The notes under the pieces: model-generated
Databases searched by the model: none
Told to the model about the DNA's origin: nothing
The model's input: the letters and a program-made list of their open reading frames with translations, nothing else
Assembly (NCBI GenBank): GCA_031400935.1
Contig: JANNQV010000023.1
Location: 1-56,974 of the forward strand
DNA length: 56,974 nucleotides
Source of the DNA: Armatimonadota bacterium
Lineage (GTDB): Bacteria > Armatimonadota > Fimbriimonadia > Fimbriimonadales > Fimbriimonadaceae
Reading direction: 5' to 3'
Part shown: piece by piece, positions 27,723-37,670 of the stretch
Position numbering within the stretch: position 1 is the first letter of the stretch
How the letters are laid out: every line of letters begins with the position of its first letter
Translations under genes and position numbers: made by a program

Positions 27723-28303
27723 TAGAGTTTGAAAAACTCCTCACGAAAGTGTTTGATAGGCTCGAAGGGCTACAGATTTCTTATTTAGTTGGGGGATCAT
27801 TCGCTACAGGAGTTCATGGCAATGTCCGGCAAACGAACGATTTGGACATATTGATCGATTTGAAACCCGATCAAGTTTCAGAATTTGTTGCAGAATTCTC
27901 AAAAGATTCGATGGTTTCAGAAGAAGAGATTCTCGATGCAATTGAATCTCGAAGGCCTTATGCTTGCTTTCAAGTCTTGCTCATTGACGAATTTTTCAAA
28001 TTGGATTGTTTTGTACTTCAAACCGATTCATTTTCGCAATCCGAAATGTCCAGGCGAGTTACTATTGCAATTTCAGAAGGCGTAGTGGGTTGGTGTGCAA
28101 CTCCCGAAGACATCATTCTCCGAAAACTCCAGTGGTTCGTCCTCGGAAACAAGGTCAGCGACCGACAGTGGAACGACATCGTCGGCGTGCTTGAAGTTCA
28201 GCACGGACGGCTCGATGAAACCTACCTCGACGATTGGGCGACCAAGCTTGAAGTGAAAGATTTGCTTGACGAAGCGAGAACTCAGGTCATTGTTGTTGAT
28301 TGA
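27719..28303 (+). CDS. Nucleotidyltransferase-fold protein
   Basis: YLVGGSFATGVHG.VRQTNDLDI, TPEDIILRKLQW, SDRQWNDIVGVL motifs. Confidence 0.75.
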   Translation: MIEFEKLLTKVFDRLEGLQISYLVGGSFATGVHGNVRQTNDLDILIDLKPDQVSEFVAEFSKDSMVSEEEILDAIESRRPYACFQVLLIDEFFKLDCFVLQTDSFSQSEMSRRVTIAISEGVVGWCATPEDIILRKLQWFVLGNKVSDRQWNDIVGVLEVQHGRLDETYLDDWATKLEVKDLLDEARTQVIVVD

Positions 28304-28330
28304 CAAAGTTTTTCCGCTACAATCAGGCTT

Positions 28331-29494
28331 ATGACAACGCTCGCAGCAATGGGAATGTTTGCTGCCGTAATGATTGTTGCTTGGTGGACTGCTTGGCTCC
28401 TCCTAAAATTTCGAACGTTTTCTAAACTCTTGGATGAAGACACTCAAGACAGAACTATCACGCTTGATGGCATTCGCGGTTTTCTGGCTCTGAGCGTTTT
28501 CTTCCACCACTGTTTTGTGCATCAGTATTTCTTGGAATTTGGTGCCTGGATCCAGCCGCGCAACCAATTTATCACTTCTTGTGGCTCTGTTCCGGTGCTA
28601 ATATTCTTCGCAATTACAGGCTTTTTGTTTTGGTCGCGAGCGATTCGCGGCGGTGCCAAAATCAACGTCAGGTCGTTCGCGGTTTCGCGTTTCTTCCGAA
28701 TTGCGCCTCTCTTCTTGGTTGCGACCCTGGTCGCCTTTTTTCTGGCGTGGCAAAGTACTAGCTTTCAGTGGCAAGGTGATTCAGGTGAGACTTACGTAGC
28801 AGTAACAAGATTGCTAATGTTTGGAGCATTTCGAATAGATTTCTTCAACGGAGTTGACCTAGTGCCAATTACCGCCGGGGTCACTTGGACATTGGTATAC
28901 GAGTGGGTGTTTTATGCCTTTCTTCCAATTTTGGCATGGTTCGCAAAGCTCTCGAGGTTCGTGATTCTTGGTAGTCTAATCTTGCTACTCTTGGCTATCT
29001 CCCCAATTGGGGAACTCAATTATGCATCCGTCTTTCTTGTTGGCATGATCGCAGCGCATCTGATCCATGAATTCCCTAACGCCAAGCTGCCAAAGGAGAA
29101 TTGGCCGAGCGTTGCGGTCACATTGGTCCTGCTTGGTGCCATGTTTTCTTCTCAACAACGCCCCTCCCTTGTCGCATTTGTCTATCTCCTACCAGCGTTT
29201 ATAGCAATCGCATTTGGCGTTGATCTCTTCGGAGTCCTCCGGACTCGTCCGGCTCGACTGTTGGGTGCGTCGAGCTACTCAATTTATTTGCTTCACGGCA
29301 TAATTCTTTACATTTTTTTACAATTCGGCCTGGGAAAGGCCAGAGTTGCAGGTCTTGAAACACCCGCAATGTTTGGGCTAATGTTGCTTTTGACTGTCGT
29401 AGTTTGCGTTGCTTCTTGCATTGCATACGCCGTTATTGAGAGGCCGATGATTGCGATTGGACGACGAGTGGCGCAGGGGACAAAAACTAGATAA
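28331..29494 (+). CDS. Acyltransferase family 3 (OafA-like O-acyltransferase)
   Basis: LDGIRG, RFFRIAP, WTLVYEWVFY, SYSIYLLH, IERP; multi-TM. Confidence 0.92.
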   Translation: MTTLAAMGMFAAVMIVAWWTAWLLLKFRTFSKLLDEDTQDRTITLDGIRGFLALSVFFHHCFVHQYFLEFGAWIQPRNQFITSCGSVPVLIFFAITGFLFWSRAIRGGAKINVRSFAVSRFFRIAPLFLVATLVAFFLAWQSTSFQWQGDSGETYVAVTRLLMFGAFRIDFFNGVDLVPITAGVTWTLVYEWVFYAFLPILAWFAKLSRFVILGSLILLLLAISPIGELNYASVFLVGMIAAHLIHEFPNAKLPKENWPSVAVTLVLLGAMFSSQQRPSLVAFVYLLPAFIAIAFGVDLFGVLRTRPARLLGASSYSIYLLHGIILYIFLQFGLGKARVAGLETPAMFGLMLLLTVVVCVASCIAYAVIERPMIAIGRRVAQGTKTR

Positions 29495-29521
29495 GTCAAT
29501 TCGGCAAAGGCGGTTCCTGGT

Positions 29522-30523
29522 TTAAGCTGGACCAACGCTAGTTCTGAGATCGACAAATGCGGCATCTTTCGCATTAGCTTGAAGCTCTTCAATATCTTCC
29601 ATTTCCCATCCAAAAACTTCCGAACACCGAATCATCTCGTCTGTCAATGTAGTCCCGAACATGGGTGGGTCGTCTGAGTTTATGGTTACTCGAACCCCAT
29701 CATCGCGCAACTTTTGAATAGGATGCTCTGATAGCGTTGGGAACCCGCCAAGACAAACGTTGCTTGATGGACAAACTTCCAAAACAATCCCTTCTTTGAC
29801 TAAATGTTCAATGAGTAAAGGGTCTGAAAGTGCAGTCACGCCATGCCCGATTCTGCTTGCCCCAGTCACTTCAAGTGTCTCCCAAATAGACCACGGGCCC
29901 TCCGTTTCGCCGGCATGTGCCGTAACTGGCAGCGAACGCCGTATGGCTTCAGCAAATACTTCGGCGTACTGTTTTGTGCCTGATTTCTCAAATCCGGCAA
30001 TGCCGAGCGCACAGACTCCATTTCCAAGATATCGGGTTACCCATTCAACCGTCTCAAGAGCTTCTTCAGGGGAATTGCCACGCACGACATCTAGAACGAA
30101 TTCACATAAAATGCCAAGCTCCTTCGTTCCCCAATCAAGTGCGCGTTTCAAGGCATCCATTTGTTCGTCAATCGGAATCCCACAATATTTTGCGACAGTT
30201 GAAGCGGTATAGGTCGCCTCAGTTCGAACAATGTTTTGATCAGCTTGGCCCTGCAGGAACTCGCGACCAATAAACTCAAGGTCCGCGGGGTCTTTGATGC
30301 ATTTGGTGACGCCAACATAGACTTCCACAAAGTGAGGGAAATCCCGAAACTTGTACCAATGCCGTAGGCCCTCAACCGAATCGGCGGGCAAATCAATTCC
30401 GTTTTTCTTTGCCAATTTGAGGACTGTTTCCGGACGAATTGAACCTTCCAAATGAACGTGAAGCTCGGTTTTCGGCATCAATCTGATTTGATCGGCTTGT
30501 GCAAGATTGGAGATCGAGGACAT
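29522..30523 (-). CDS. add: Adenosine deaminase family protein (probable aminodeoxyfutalosine deaminase)
   Basis: PKTELHVHLEGS, HAGE, RIGHG, CPSSN, NSDDP; immediately downstream of mqnC; alternative start at 30544. Confidence 0.85.
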   Translation of the reverse strand: MSSISNLAQADQIRLMPKTELHVHLEGSIRPETVLKLAKKNGIDLPADSVEGLRHWYKFRDFPHFVEVYVGVTKCIKDPADLEFIGREFLQGQADQNIVRTEATYTASTVAKYCGIPIDEQMDALKRALDWGTKELGILCEFVLDVVRGNSPEEALETVEWVTRYLGNGVCALGIAGFEKSGTKQYAEVFAEAIRRSLPVTAHAGETEGPWSIWETLEVTGASRIGHGVTALSDPLLIEHLVKEGIVLEVCPSSNVCLGGFPTLSEHPIQKLRDDGVRVTINSDDPPMFGTTLTDEMIRCSEVFGWEMEDIEELQANAKDAAFVDLRTSVGPA

Positions 30524-30561
30524 TGTTTTGTTTAGGTACACCACGAACCTTCCGTTGCCGG

Positions 30562-31647
30562 CTAAATAACCTCGTAGCGAGTGTTTCTTCGTTTAGGCAC
30601 GAATCCAGCATCTACGATTAATCTTTCGAATTCTTCCGCGTTCAAAATAAATTTGTTCCCTGCCGCTGAAACTACGTTTTCTTCGATCATTACCGAGCCA
30701 AAATCGTTTGCGCCATATTTCAATCCCATCTGAGCGATCTTGGGACCTTGGGTAAGAATAGAAAGTTGGAAATTCTCAAAGTTATCCAAAAAGATTCTGG
30801 ATACTGCCAAGGTCTTCAAATAGTCCAGTCCTGAAGCTTTCTTAGGAATGACCAGATTCGTATCTTCCGGCTGAAAATTCCAGGTAACAAAAGCTCGAAA
30901 CGGCTGGCATTCGTCTTGCAAATCCCGAATCCGTTGCAAGTGCTCGATACGGTCTTCGAGCGTTTCCACATGCCCGAACATCATGCTAGCTGTGCTTCGA
31001 ATTCCTAGCGAAGAAGCTGTCCTCATGCATTCGAGCCACTCGTCGGTTGTGTCCTTATAGGGCGCAATGATTTTTCGAACTCGATCAACTAGAATTTCTC
31101 CGCCCGCTCCAGGAATCGAGTGAAGCCCAGCTTCCTTCAGTCGGATTAGGCAATCTCTTAAGGTGAGCTTTGAAATATGGGCGATGTAAATGATCTCTGC
31201 TGGGCTCAGCGCGTGGAGAATTACAGTCGGAAATTTATCTTTGATCTTTCGAAAAATCCCTTCGTAATAATCAATCTTGAGTTGAGGGTTTAGACCGCCC
31301 TGAAAGAGAATCTCAACCCCGCCCTTATCAACTGTATCTTGAACCTTGTCCAAAATCTCTTCATCGGTAAGCGTATATCCCTCGGCATGGTTGGGCACTC
31401 GGTAAAACGCGCAAAACTTGCACCTGACCCAACAGACGTTAGTGTAATTGAGAATTCTGCCTACGATGTAGGTCACGGCGTTTCCAGGAGACTTTTGCTG
31501 ACGCCGAGTTTCCGCTAATGCTGCCAGATCAAGCGGGTTGTCGTGGTGGAAAAGGGTTAGGGCTTCTTCGGCGGAAATTCGTTCGCCCTTTTGCACTTTG
31601 GAAGCAATTGAATGGAAAGTCGGAGCTTCGACAGCAGTCGCAGACAT
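30562..31647 (-). CDS. mqnC: Cyclic dehypoxanthinyl futalosine synthase (radical SAM)
   Basis: NYTNVCWVRCKFCAF, QGGLNP, SIPGAGGEIL, MMFGHVE, GANDFGSVMIEENVVSAAG. Confidence 0.9.
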   Translation of the reverse strand: MSATAVEAPTFHSIASKVQKGERISAEEALTLFHHDNPLDLAALAETRRQQKSPGNAVTYIVGRILNYTNVCWVRCKFCAFYRVPNHAEGYTLTDEEILDKVQDTVDKGGVEILFQGGLNPQLKIDYYEGIFRKIKDKFPTVILHALSPAEIIYIAHISKLTLRDCLIRLKEAGLHSIPGAGGEILVDRVRKIIAPYKDTTDEWLECMRTASSLGIRSTASMMFGHVETLEDRIEHLQRIRDLQDECQPFRAFVTWNFQPEDTNLVIPKKASGLDYLKTLAVSRIFLDNFENFQLSILTQGPKIAQMGLKYGANDFGSVMIEENVVSAAGNKFILNAEEFERLIVDAGFVPKRRNTRYEVI

Positions 31648-31705
31648 GTTTCAAGTTTACTTGAAGATTGAAAATACTCGGAGATTGGAATTGCGCATCT
31701 CTGCT

Positions 31706-31750
31706 TACCAGCATCCCTGCATTCCGCACCCCAGAATCCCAATATATCCG
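31706..31750. repeat. Degenerate C-rich ~8-mer tandem repeat
   Basis: accagcatccctgcattccgcaccccagaatcccaata between the HAD and mqnC genes. Confidence 0.4.
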
Positions 31751-31752
31751 AT

Positions 31753-32535
31753 TCAAATTGGCAGCCACGCAACAATTTCGTCCAGCGATGAGATAATTGC
31801 GCTTGGCAATTCGCCACTTTCCGGAATTTGTTCTGGCTTTGGACTCTCATCTTTTGCGCTTGGAGCAACGTCGCTTGGTCGTCGGACCCATGCCGTTTTC
31901 CATCCTGCAGCCATTGCCGGGCGCATATCATGGTTGAAACTATTGCCAACGAACAAAATCTGGTCTGGTAAAACTCCGACCAGTGATTCAGCCCTTTGAA
32001 ACACTGCATGAAGGGGCTTACCTTCCTTCATTTCTCCTTCGATAAGAATGTGATCAAAAAAGTGCCGAATTCCCAAAGTGTCAATTTCTTGATTTTGAAT
32101 ATCTGCTGGGCCATTTGTAATCAACCCAAGAGGAAACCTGCCATGCAGATTATGCAAAACAGGAAGAGCTTCTGGAAAAAGTTTCAATGCCTTGTCTCTT
32201 TCTTCAAAATAGCTTTGAGACAGCACCTTCGCCAATTCGATATTCGGGTTGCCAGCTTCTTCAAGCGTGAGGCGCATCTGCTCGATTCGAGTCGGTTCTC
32301 CAGATTCGAGATAACCTTGGTACCAATGGCTGGCCTTGATTGTCTTGCTGAATTTGCGGAAAGCACTTGCCCAATGGCCGATCATTTCGTCTGTCGAGAT
32401 TCCTGGCAATGGGTGCTTGTCGAATGTCGTTCGGAGGCCAATTGAAGCTGCCTCCCAATAAGCGCAGAGAGTATCGTCAAGGTCAAAAAAAATAGCTTTG
32501 ACCTTTGAGAAATCTGGGTCTTTCGCTTCGCTCAA
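31753..32535 (-). CDS. HAD family hydrolase
   Basis: FDLDDTL, LITNG, GKP, VGNSFNHD motifs. Confidence 0.9.
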   Translation of the reverse strand: MSEAKDPDFSKVKAIFFDLDDTLCAYWEAASIGLRTTFDKHPLPGISTDEMIGHWASAFRKFSKTIKASHWYQGYLESGEPTRIEQMRLTLEEAGNPNIELAKVLSQSYFEERDKALKLFPEALPVLHNLHGRFPLGLITNGPADIQNQEIDTLGIRHFFDHILIEGEMKEGKPLHAVFQRAESLVGVLPDQILFVGNSFNHDMRPAMAAGWKTAWVRRPSDVAPSAKDESPKPEQIPESGELPSAIISSLDEIVAWLPI

Positions 32536-33527
32536 AAGACCCCCATTGCATCTTTGACTTCTTGCAATGTCAATGAAGCCCGTTTCCTAGCCCGCTTTGC
32601 TCCGTCATTCAAAATCTCCTCGATTGAGCCATCGTCAAGTGCTCTTCTTCGCTCTCGCATGGGTCGAAGATACTCGTTGACTGCTTCTGTGAGCTCCTTC
32701 TTATTCTGAGAACATCCGCGAGTGCCGGCAACATCCTCCGCCCATTGCTGCTGCCAATTTGGAGAGTAAATTTTGAGCAACTGGCAAACAGCGCATCCTT
32801 CTGGAATGCCTGGGTCGGTCATCGCAATCTTCGATGGGGTTGTAAAGGCGCTCTTGATCTTCTTTGCAGTTTCATCTTCTGAATCCGAAAGGTAGATGCA
32901 ATTGTCATACGATTTACTCATCTTTCGCATGTCGAGCCCTGGCACCTTTGCACGATTTTCGTCCTCAGGAATCAAATACTTGTACGGCTCGAAGACATCT
33001 TTACCATAGAGGCGGTTGAAGCGAATCGCGATGTCGTTTCCGATTTCTAAATGTGGAGCCTGATCTCTGCCAACCGGAACTCCATATGGTTTGTAAAGCA
33101 GGATGTCAACAGTTTGCAACACGGGATAGCCCAAAAGTCCGTAAGGCTCCCTTTCCGCCTGCCCCATCTCATCCTTCTTTTCTTTGTAGGTTGGAACCCT
33201 TTCGAGCCAGCCAATCGGCGTGATCATGCTGAAGAGAACAAAAAGCTCGGCGTGCTCCGGAACGTGACTCTGAATGAAGATCGCAGAATTTTCTGGGTCA
33301 ATTCCTGCAGCAATATAGTCCTTCGCAACCTCGCGCGAGTTCCTGCTGATCTCTTGGGCGATGTCGTAATGCGTTGTCATCGCATGCCAGTCGGCGACCA
33401 TGCAATACATTTCGTAGCCTTCGTTTTGAAGGTTGACCCAATTTCGTAAGGCACCTTCATAGTTTCCGATATGGAGCTTTGGAACGTTAGAGCGCATTCC
33501 GCTCAAAATTCGACGGTTTTCGCCCAT
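32532..33527 (-). CDS. trpS: Tryptophan--tRNA ligase
   Basis: HIGN, YPVLQTVDIL, VPVGRDQ, KMSKS motifs. Confidence 0.96.
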   Translation of the reverse strand: MGENRRILSGMRSNVPKLHIGNYEGALRNWVNLQNEGYEMYCMVADWHAMTTHYDIAQEISRNSREVAKDYIAAGIDPENSAIFIQSHVPEHAELFVLFSMITPIGWLERVPTYKEKKDEMGQAEREPYGLLGYPVLQTVDILLYKPYGVPVGRDQAPHLEIGNDIAIRFNRLYGKDVFEPYKYLIPEDENRAKVPGLDMRKMSKSYDNCIYLSDSEDETAKKIKSAFTTPSKIAMTDPGIPEGCAVCQLLKIYSPNWQQQWAEDVAGTRGCSQNKKELTEAVNEYLRPMRERRRALDDGSIEEILNDGAKRARKRASLTLQEVKDAMGVF

Positions 33528-34205
33528 TTAGTACGGTACTCCCGTCAAAAACTCAAATAGAAATTGTGTTGGAGGCCTAACCCACATTCCGATCGGACTA
33601 ATGCCTCCACTTCTTTGCATGTATTGACCAATAAAGATGATTCCAAGAAGTATGTACAGCCCATATTGCCTATTAAATTGGAACCAATAGTATCTAGGTT
33701 TTTCCGGCATTAACAAGCCGAGTAGCCAATGTCCGTCGAGCAACCCTAACGGAAACAGGTTGAAAAAACAGAGGGATAGGTTTAGAGAAACACCTAGCGT
33801 CAACAAGTTATATAAGAACTCACTATTCACAAGTGCTGATGGCTGATAGGCAATAAACAGACGGAACAAGATCGCCCAAATAAATGCTTGTAAAATATTT
33901 GAAATTGGACCAGCGGCTATTGCCAGGAAGAAATCCCATCGAGGATTCTTCATTTTCCGAGGATCCATCGGGGCAGGTTTGCCCCACCCAATTCCGAATC
34001 CAGACGCCATTGTGAACAGGATCATGAGCGAACCCATCAGCTCAAAATGCTTAAAAAGGTTTAATGTGACTCGTCCATAAGAGCCAGGTGTCGGATCACC
34101 CGCGGCGTCGGCAACTTTGCAATGCGCGTATTCATGAAGTCCTATTCCGAAGAAAATCACAATCAGAATTGGGAATAGAAATTCTGGTGGAGGCAATTCA
34201 AACAA
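33528..34205 (-). CDS. Site-2 protease (M50 family)
   Basis: HEYAH, GDPT, AGPISN, FNLFPLGLLDG. Confidence 0.92.
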   Translation of the reverse strand: MFELPPPEFLFPILIVIFFGIGLHEYAHCKVADAAGDPTPGSYGRVTLNLFKHFELMGSLMILFTMASGFGIGWGKPAPMDPRKMKNPRWDFFLAIAAGPISNILQAFIWAILFRLFIAYQPSALVNSEFLYNLLTLGVSLNLSLCFFNLFPLGLLDGHWLLGLLMPEKPRYYWFQFNRQYGLYILLGIIFIGQYMQRSGGISPIGMWVRPPTQFLFEFLTGVPY

Positions 34206-35519
34206 CTAGAGCCCCTCCGGAATTGATTCTCGCTCGAACATTTCATCCCAAGTCTCTTCGCGCTGAATCAGTTGCACTTCCCCGCTTTCTCGAATCAAAA
34301 CCATCTTCGGACGAGGATACCGGTTATAGTTGCTTGCCATAGAGTTGTTATACGCTCCCGTTGCCAAAACTTGCAGATAATCTCCCGGTTGAGTGCTTGA
34401 AGGAATCATTACGCCCTCAAACAAATTGTCCGTTTCGCAATGACGTCCGCAAATCGTTACAGGCACCATCTTGTCGCAATCTAGCACGCGAGTTGGATCA
34501 GTTGAGGTTGCCTGAACCTCATAAACCGCATCGTAAAGCGCGGGGCGAGGGTTGTCAGCCAATCCGCCGTCCACAGAAACATATACTTTGGTACTTCCAT
34601 CGAGCATATGTACGGGCTTCGCCGAACCAATTTCATAAACAGTCACGCCAGCTGGGCCGATAAGTGCTCGACCTGGTTCGTGAGTAATTTGGGGGTTCAA
34701 TCCCGCTTCCTTGAGAATCGAATTTGCCGATGAATTGACTTTTTGAACGTAATCGCCGATTTCAGAAGGATGCTGTTCGGGACTGTGTGATACTCCAAGT
34801 CCGCCACCCAAATTCAGCTCCTTGCATTCAAGACCAAAACGCTTGTTCATGTCTACCGCGAATTGAGCGACTCGTTCTGCGGCCACTATTTGAGCTTCAG
34901 GATCAAGCAACTGCGAACCGACATGCGCATGAAAGCCGACCAATGGGAGCCCAGCTTCGACACAAAGACCAACTGCTTCTTCCGCCGATCCATCGGCGAT
35001 ATTGAATCCAAACTTAGTGTCGTCTTGTCCAGTCGCAATGCGCTTGTGTGTCTTTGGATCAACTCCCGGCGCAAGTCGAAGCATTAATTTTGTGTCAACT
35101 TTGCGCAACGAATCAAGGCGATTTGCAAGAGCATTTATTTCGGCGAAATTGTCAACGATAATCTCGCGAATTCCTAATTCAATCGCACGGTCAAGTTCTG
35201 TGGCTGACTTGTTATTGCCATGCAGATTTACTGAATTTGGAGGAACCCCAGCTCGAAGCGCTGCCTCAATTTCTCCTTCGCTGGCGGCATCAATCAGGCA
35301 AACTTCCTGAAATGCAATTTTGAGGATTGCAATATGGCTGTTCGCTTTGCTTGCATAAGCAAGTCGCGAGTTCGACCAAGTTGATTCGAGGGCTTTTCGA
35401 TAGCTTTGAATCCGATTCCGAAATGTTGCCTCATCAATCACGTAGAGCGGCGTTCCAAATTGACTGGCAAGTTCCCGTACTCGGTCACTTGAGAGTTTCA
35501 ATGTTGGATCGGAGGGCAT
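34206..35519 (-). CDS. lysA: Diaminopimelate decarboxylase
   Basis: FGTPLYV, YASKA, HVGSQ, LGGG, EPGR, CETD, GAY...MASNYN. Confidence 0.95.
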   Translation of the reverse strand: MPSDPTLKLSSDRVRELASQFGTPLYVIDEATFRNRIQSYRKALESTWSNSRLAYASKANSHIAILKIAFQEVCLIDAASEGEIEAALRAGVPPNSVNLHGNNKSATELDRAIELGIREIIVDNFAEINALANRLDSLRKVDTKLMLRLAPGVDPKTHKRIATGQDDTKFGFNIADGSAEEAVGLCVEAGLPLVGFHAHVGSQLLDPEAQIVAAERVAQFAVDMNKRFGLECKELNLGGGLGVSHSPEQHPSEIGDYVQKVNSSANSILKEAGLNPQITHEPGRALIGPAGVTVYEIGSAKPVHMLDGSTKVYVSVDGGLADNPRPALYDAVYEVQATSTDPTRVLDCDKMVPVTICGRHCETDNLFEGVMIPSSTQPGDYLQVLATGAYNNSMASNYNRYPRPKMVLIRESGEVQLIQREETWDEMFERESIPEGL

Positions 35520-35576
35520 GAATTAGATGAGTATGGCTGATGCCGGGATAGAGGGATTGAGGGGACGGCAGCCGAT

Positions 35577-35748
35577 TTCCCCTTCCTCCCTTTTCACCAG
35601 CCAGGAAATTCTTCGAAAAGGGAGGAAGGGGATTAAGGGGATGGAGGGTTTTCTGGAGAGACAAGAGCAATCTTGAATTTGCTTCCAAGTCCTGTTACTC
35701 CCTCCCCAACCCCTCCCTCATCCTCGCTCCTCAGATAAGGGAGTGGCT
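35577..35748. repeat. CCCCTCCC/GGGAGGGG-type composite palindromic element, copy A
   Basis: ccccttcctccc...gggaggaagggg hairpin plus ttactcccctccccaacccctccctcat...ataagggagtggct; both arms match the reverse complement of 47881-48035. Confidence 0.8.
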
Positions 35749-35758
35749 AAGTTTCTCA

Positions 35759-36841
35759 CTACTTCTTCAACCCCGCAATGAACGCTTCAAGAGTCTCTTT
35801 TGTCGTCGGAACCTTGAGTTCTCCGCTCACGATTTTCGCCTTAACTTCATCAACTTTTGCCAGATTAGCATCGCCAATTAGCGTTTTCGTATGATTCATC
35901 GGACTCAGCCCAACGCCGTCCACTTTCAAATCATAAACCACGGTTCCTGAAGCAAATTTGCCATCGCTCAATTCCTTGATGGTGTTGAAAATAGCAACGT
36001 CAACCCGTTTCATCATCGAAGTCAGAACGAATCCCGGTGCCTCGCCGTCTTGGTCGCTGTCTACACCAATCGCGTACTTTTTAGCTTCCTCTGCGGCCTT
36101 AATTACGCCTAGTCCGGCCTTTCCAGCAGCATGATAAACGATATCTGCACCACTCGCAAAAAGGGATTGTGCCATGGCTTTGCCAACGTCAACATTGTTC
36201 CAATCGCCCGTGTACTTTTCCGGCAATAACTGTACATTCGAATTCGCCATTTTGGCTCCGGCTGCATAGCCAGAATAGAATTTTACGATCAAAGGAATCT
36301 GCATTCCACCTACAAAACCAATTTTATTGGTTTTTGTCATCATGCCGGCGACATAACCAGCGAGAAAACTTCCCTCCTCTTCGTTAAAGACCAAACTTCT
36401 AACATTTGGAGAATCAACGGGAGCATCAACGATCGCAAATTTTGATTCGGGATGAGCTTTAGACGCCTTTTCAATGGCTTTTTGCATACTGATTCCAACT
36501 CCAATAATCAAATCGCAATTCTCTTCAACCATGTTGTCTAAGTTGCTTTCATAGTCTTTTTCTTCGCGGCTCTCAAGCTCTAACACCTTGACGCCAAGTT
36601 CGGATTTAGCCTTTTCGATACCTGCGGCAGCACTATCGTTAAAGGACTTATCGCCCCTGCCGCCCTTGTCATAGACCATTCCAATGACTAACAGGTTGCC
36701 ATCATGGACAGTCGGAGCGGGTGCTGAACTGGCACCACCAGATGAAGAACTACTGCCATTTGGCTCTGAACTACCACATCCACATCCTACTGCTACGAGA
36801 GCAGCCATTGACAAAAACAGGGAAATTGTGATTCGCTTCAA
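35759..36841 (-). CDS. BMP family ABC transporter substrate-binding lipoprotein (PnrA/TmpC-like)
   Basis: GDKSFND, EGSFLAG, IGFVGG, IGVDSDQ, TSMMKRVD; TTG start at 36841 with a GGAGG SD. Confidence 0.9.
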   Translation of the reverse strand: MKRITISLFLSMAALVAVGCGCGSSEPNGSSSSSGGASSAPAPTVHDGNLLVIGMVYDKGGRGDKSFNDSAAAGIEKAKSELGVKVLELESREEKDYESNLDNMVEENCDLIIGVGISMQKAIEKASKAHPESKFAIVDAPVDSPNVRSLVFNEEEGSFLAGYVAGMMTKTNKIGFVGGMQIPLIVKFYSGYAAGAKMANSNVQLLPEKYTGDWNNVDVGKAMAQSLFASGADIVYHAAGKAGLGVIKAAEEAKKYAIGVDSDQDGEAPGFVLTSMMKRVDVAIFNTIKELSDGKFASGTVVYDLKVDGVGLSPMNHTKTLIGDANLAKVDEVKAKIVSGELKVPTTKETLEAFIAGLKK

Positions 36842-36930
36842 TTCAAAAAACCTCCAATTCGGGTAAACTATCTGATTATGGCGCATGGCCGTCTCGGTCA
36901 TTTTTATGTGCGCCACAGGAGTGTTTTTCC

Positions 36931-37548
36931 TTGACGACGTGCCACCTTACGAAACTTGAATCTGCAGTCGAAACCATCAAAAAATCGCATCCAAAGCTGA
37001 AAGCAACCGATTCAGCATTGGTTGCTTCCGCGCTCGTTCTTACAGGTCGCCATGCTTTGGCAATTTACCGCGAAGAACAATTCCGTTGGCCGGAGGATTA
37101 TAACCGTTTGACCAAGATGATGCTTGGCGAAATTGAAATCATCAACGATAGCGTTGAACCTGTTAAGAGGACAAAGTCGAGCCCTGAAGAAGAGCCTGTT
37201 CTGATCAATGTCGGTTTGACACCGAATTTTTCAGCTGGAGAAAGAATTCTTGAAGGTCGAAATGATCTCAAAACCAAGCTGAGCGACATCCTTCAAGGCG
37301 GCGTTGAATTCGTCTATAGTCCAGCCGATCTAGGATGGCAATGGGCACTAGACAGAGCCAATTGGTCCACGATCAGCGGCGGCGAAGTCCACCGGAAAGT
37401 CAAGGTCAAAGCGGGTTTCACTGAAGGTGCTGTCGGGATTGAAATGGGCAACATTCCAAAAAAGCGAAGCTCAAGAAAGGCTGCAGAGCCAGTAAAGGAA
37501 GCGGAACCTGAAGTTGAAGCAGAAATCGCCGTTGAACCCGAAGTCTAA
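36931..37548 (+). CDS. Hypothetical protein
   Basis: 205-aa ORF with AGGAG SD, WQWALDRANW motif, acidic C-terminal tail. Confidence 0.7.
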   Translation: MTTCHLTKLESAVETIKKSHPKLKATDSALVASALVLTGRHALAIYREEQFRWPEDYNRLTKMMLGEIEIINDSVEPVKRTKSSPEEEPVLINVGLTPNFSAGERILEGRNDLKTKLSDILQGGVEFVYSPADLGWQWALDRANWSTISGGEVHRKVKVKAGFTEGAVGIEMGNIPKKRSSRKAAEPVKEAEPEVEAEIAVEPEV

Positions 37549-37588
37549 GAGAGCGCTTGCGTCTCAATTGGATTTATCTCTAGCTTTA

Positions 37589-37637
37589 ATAGCGCGGGCG
37601 TCTCGCCCGCTTCTGTGTTCCGGACGTCCCGTCCGGG
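37589..37637. repeat. Two tandem intergenic units of the CGTCYCG hairpin element
   Basis: atag-cgcggg-cgtctcg-cccgct and gtgt-tccgga-cgtcccg-tccggg. Confidence 0.8.
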
Positions 37638-37670
37638 CTCGAAGCTTAGGAAGGTTTACTCGACATGATT

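Noticed and set aside
28300..28323. Perfect TTGACA -35 for the acyltransferase promoter
   Set aside because: It is only 12 bp from TACAAT, so only the -10 is credible.
35485..35688. Small ORFs over repeat elements (also 44276-44494, 47891-48202, 49439-49693, 50985-51263)
   Set aside because: They are read-throughs of palindromic repeats with no independent coding evidence.
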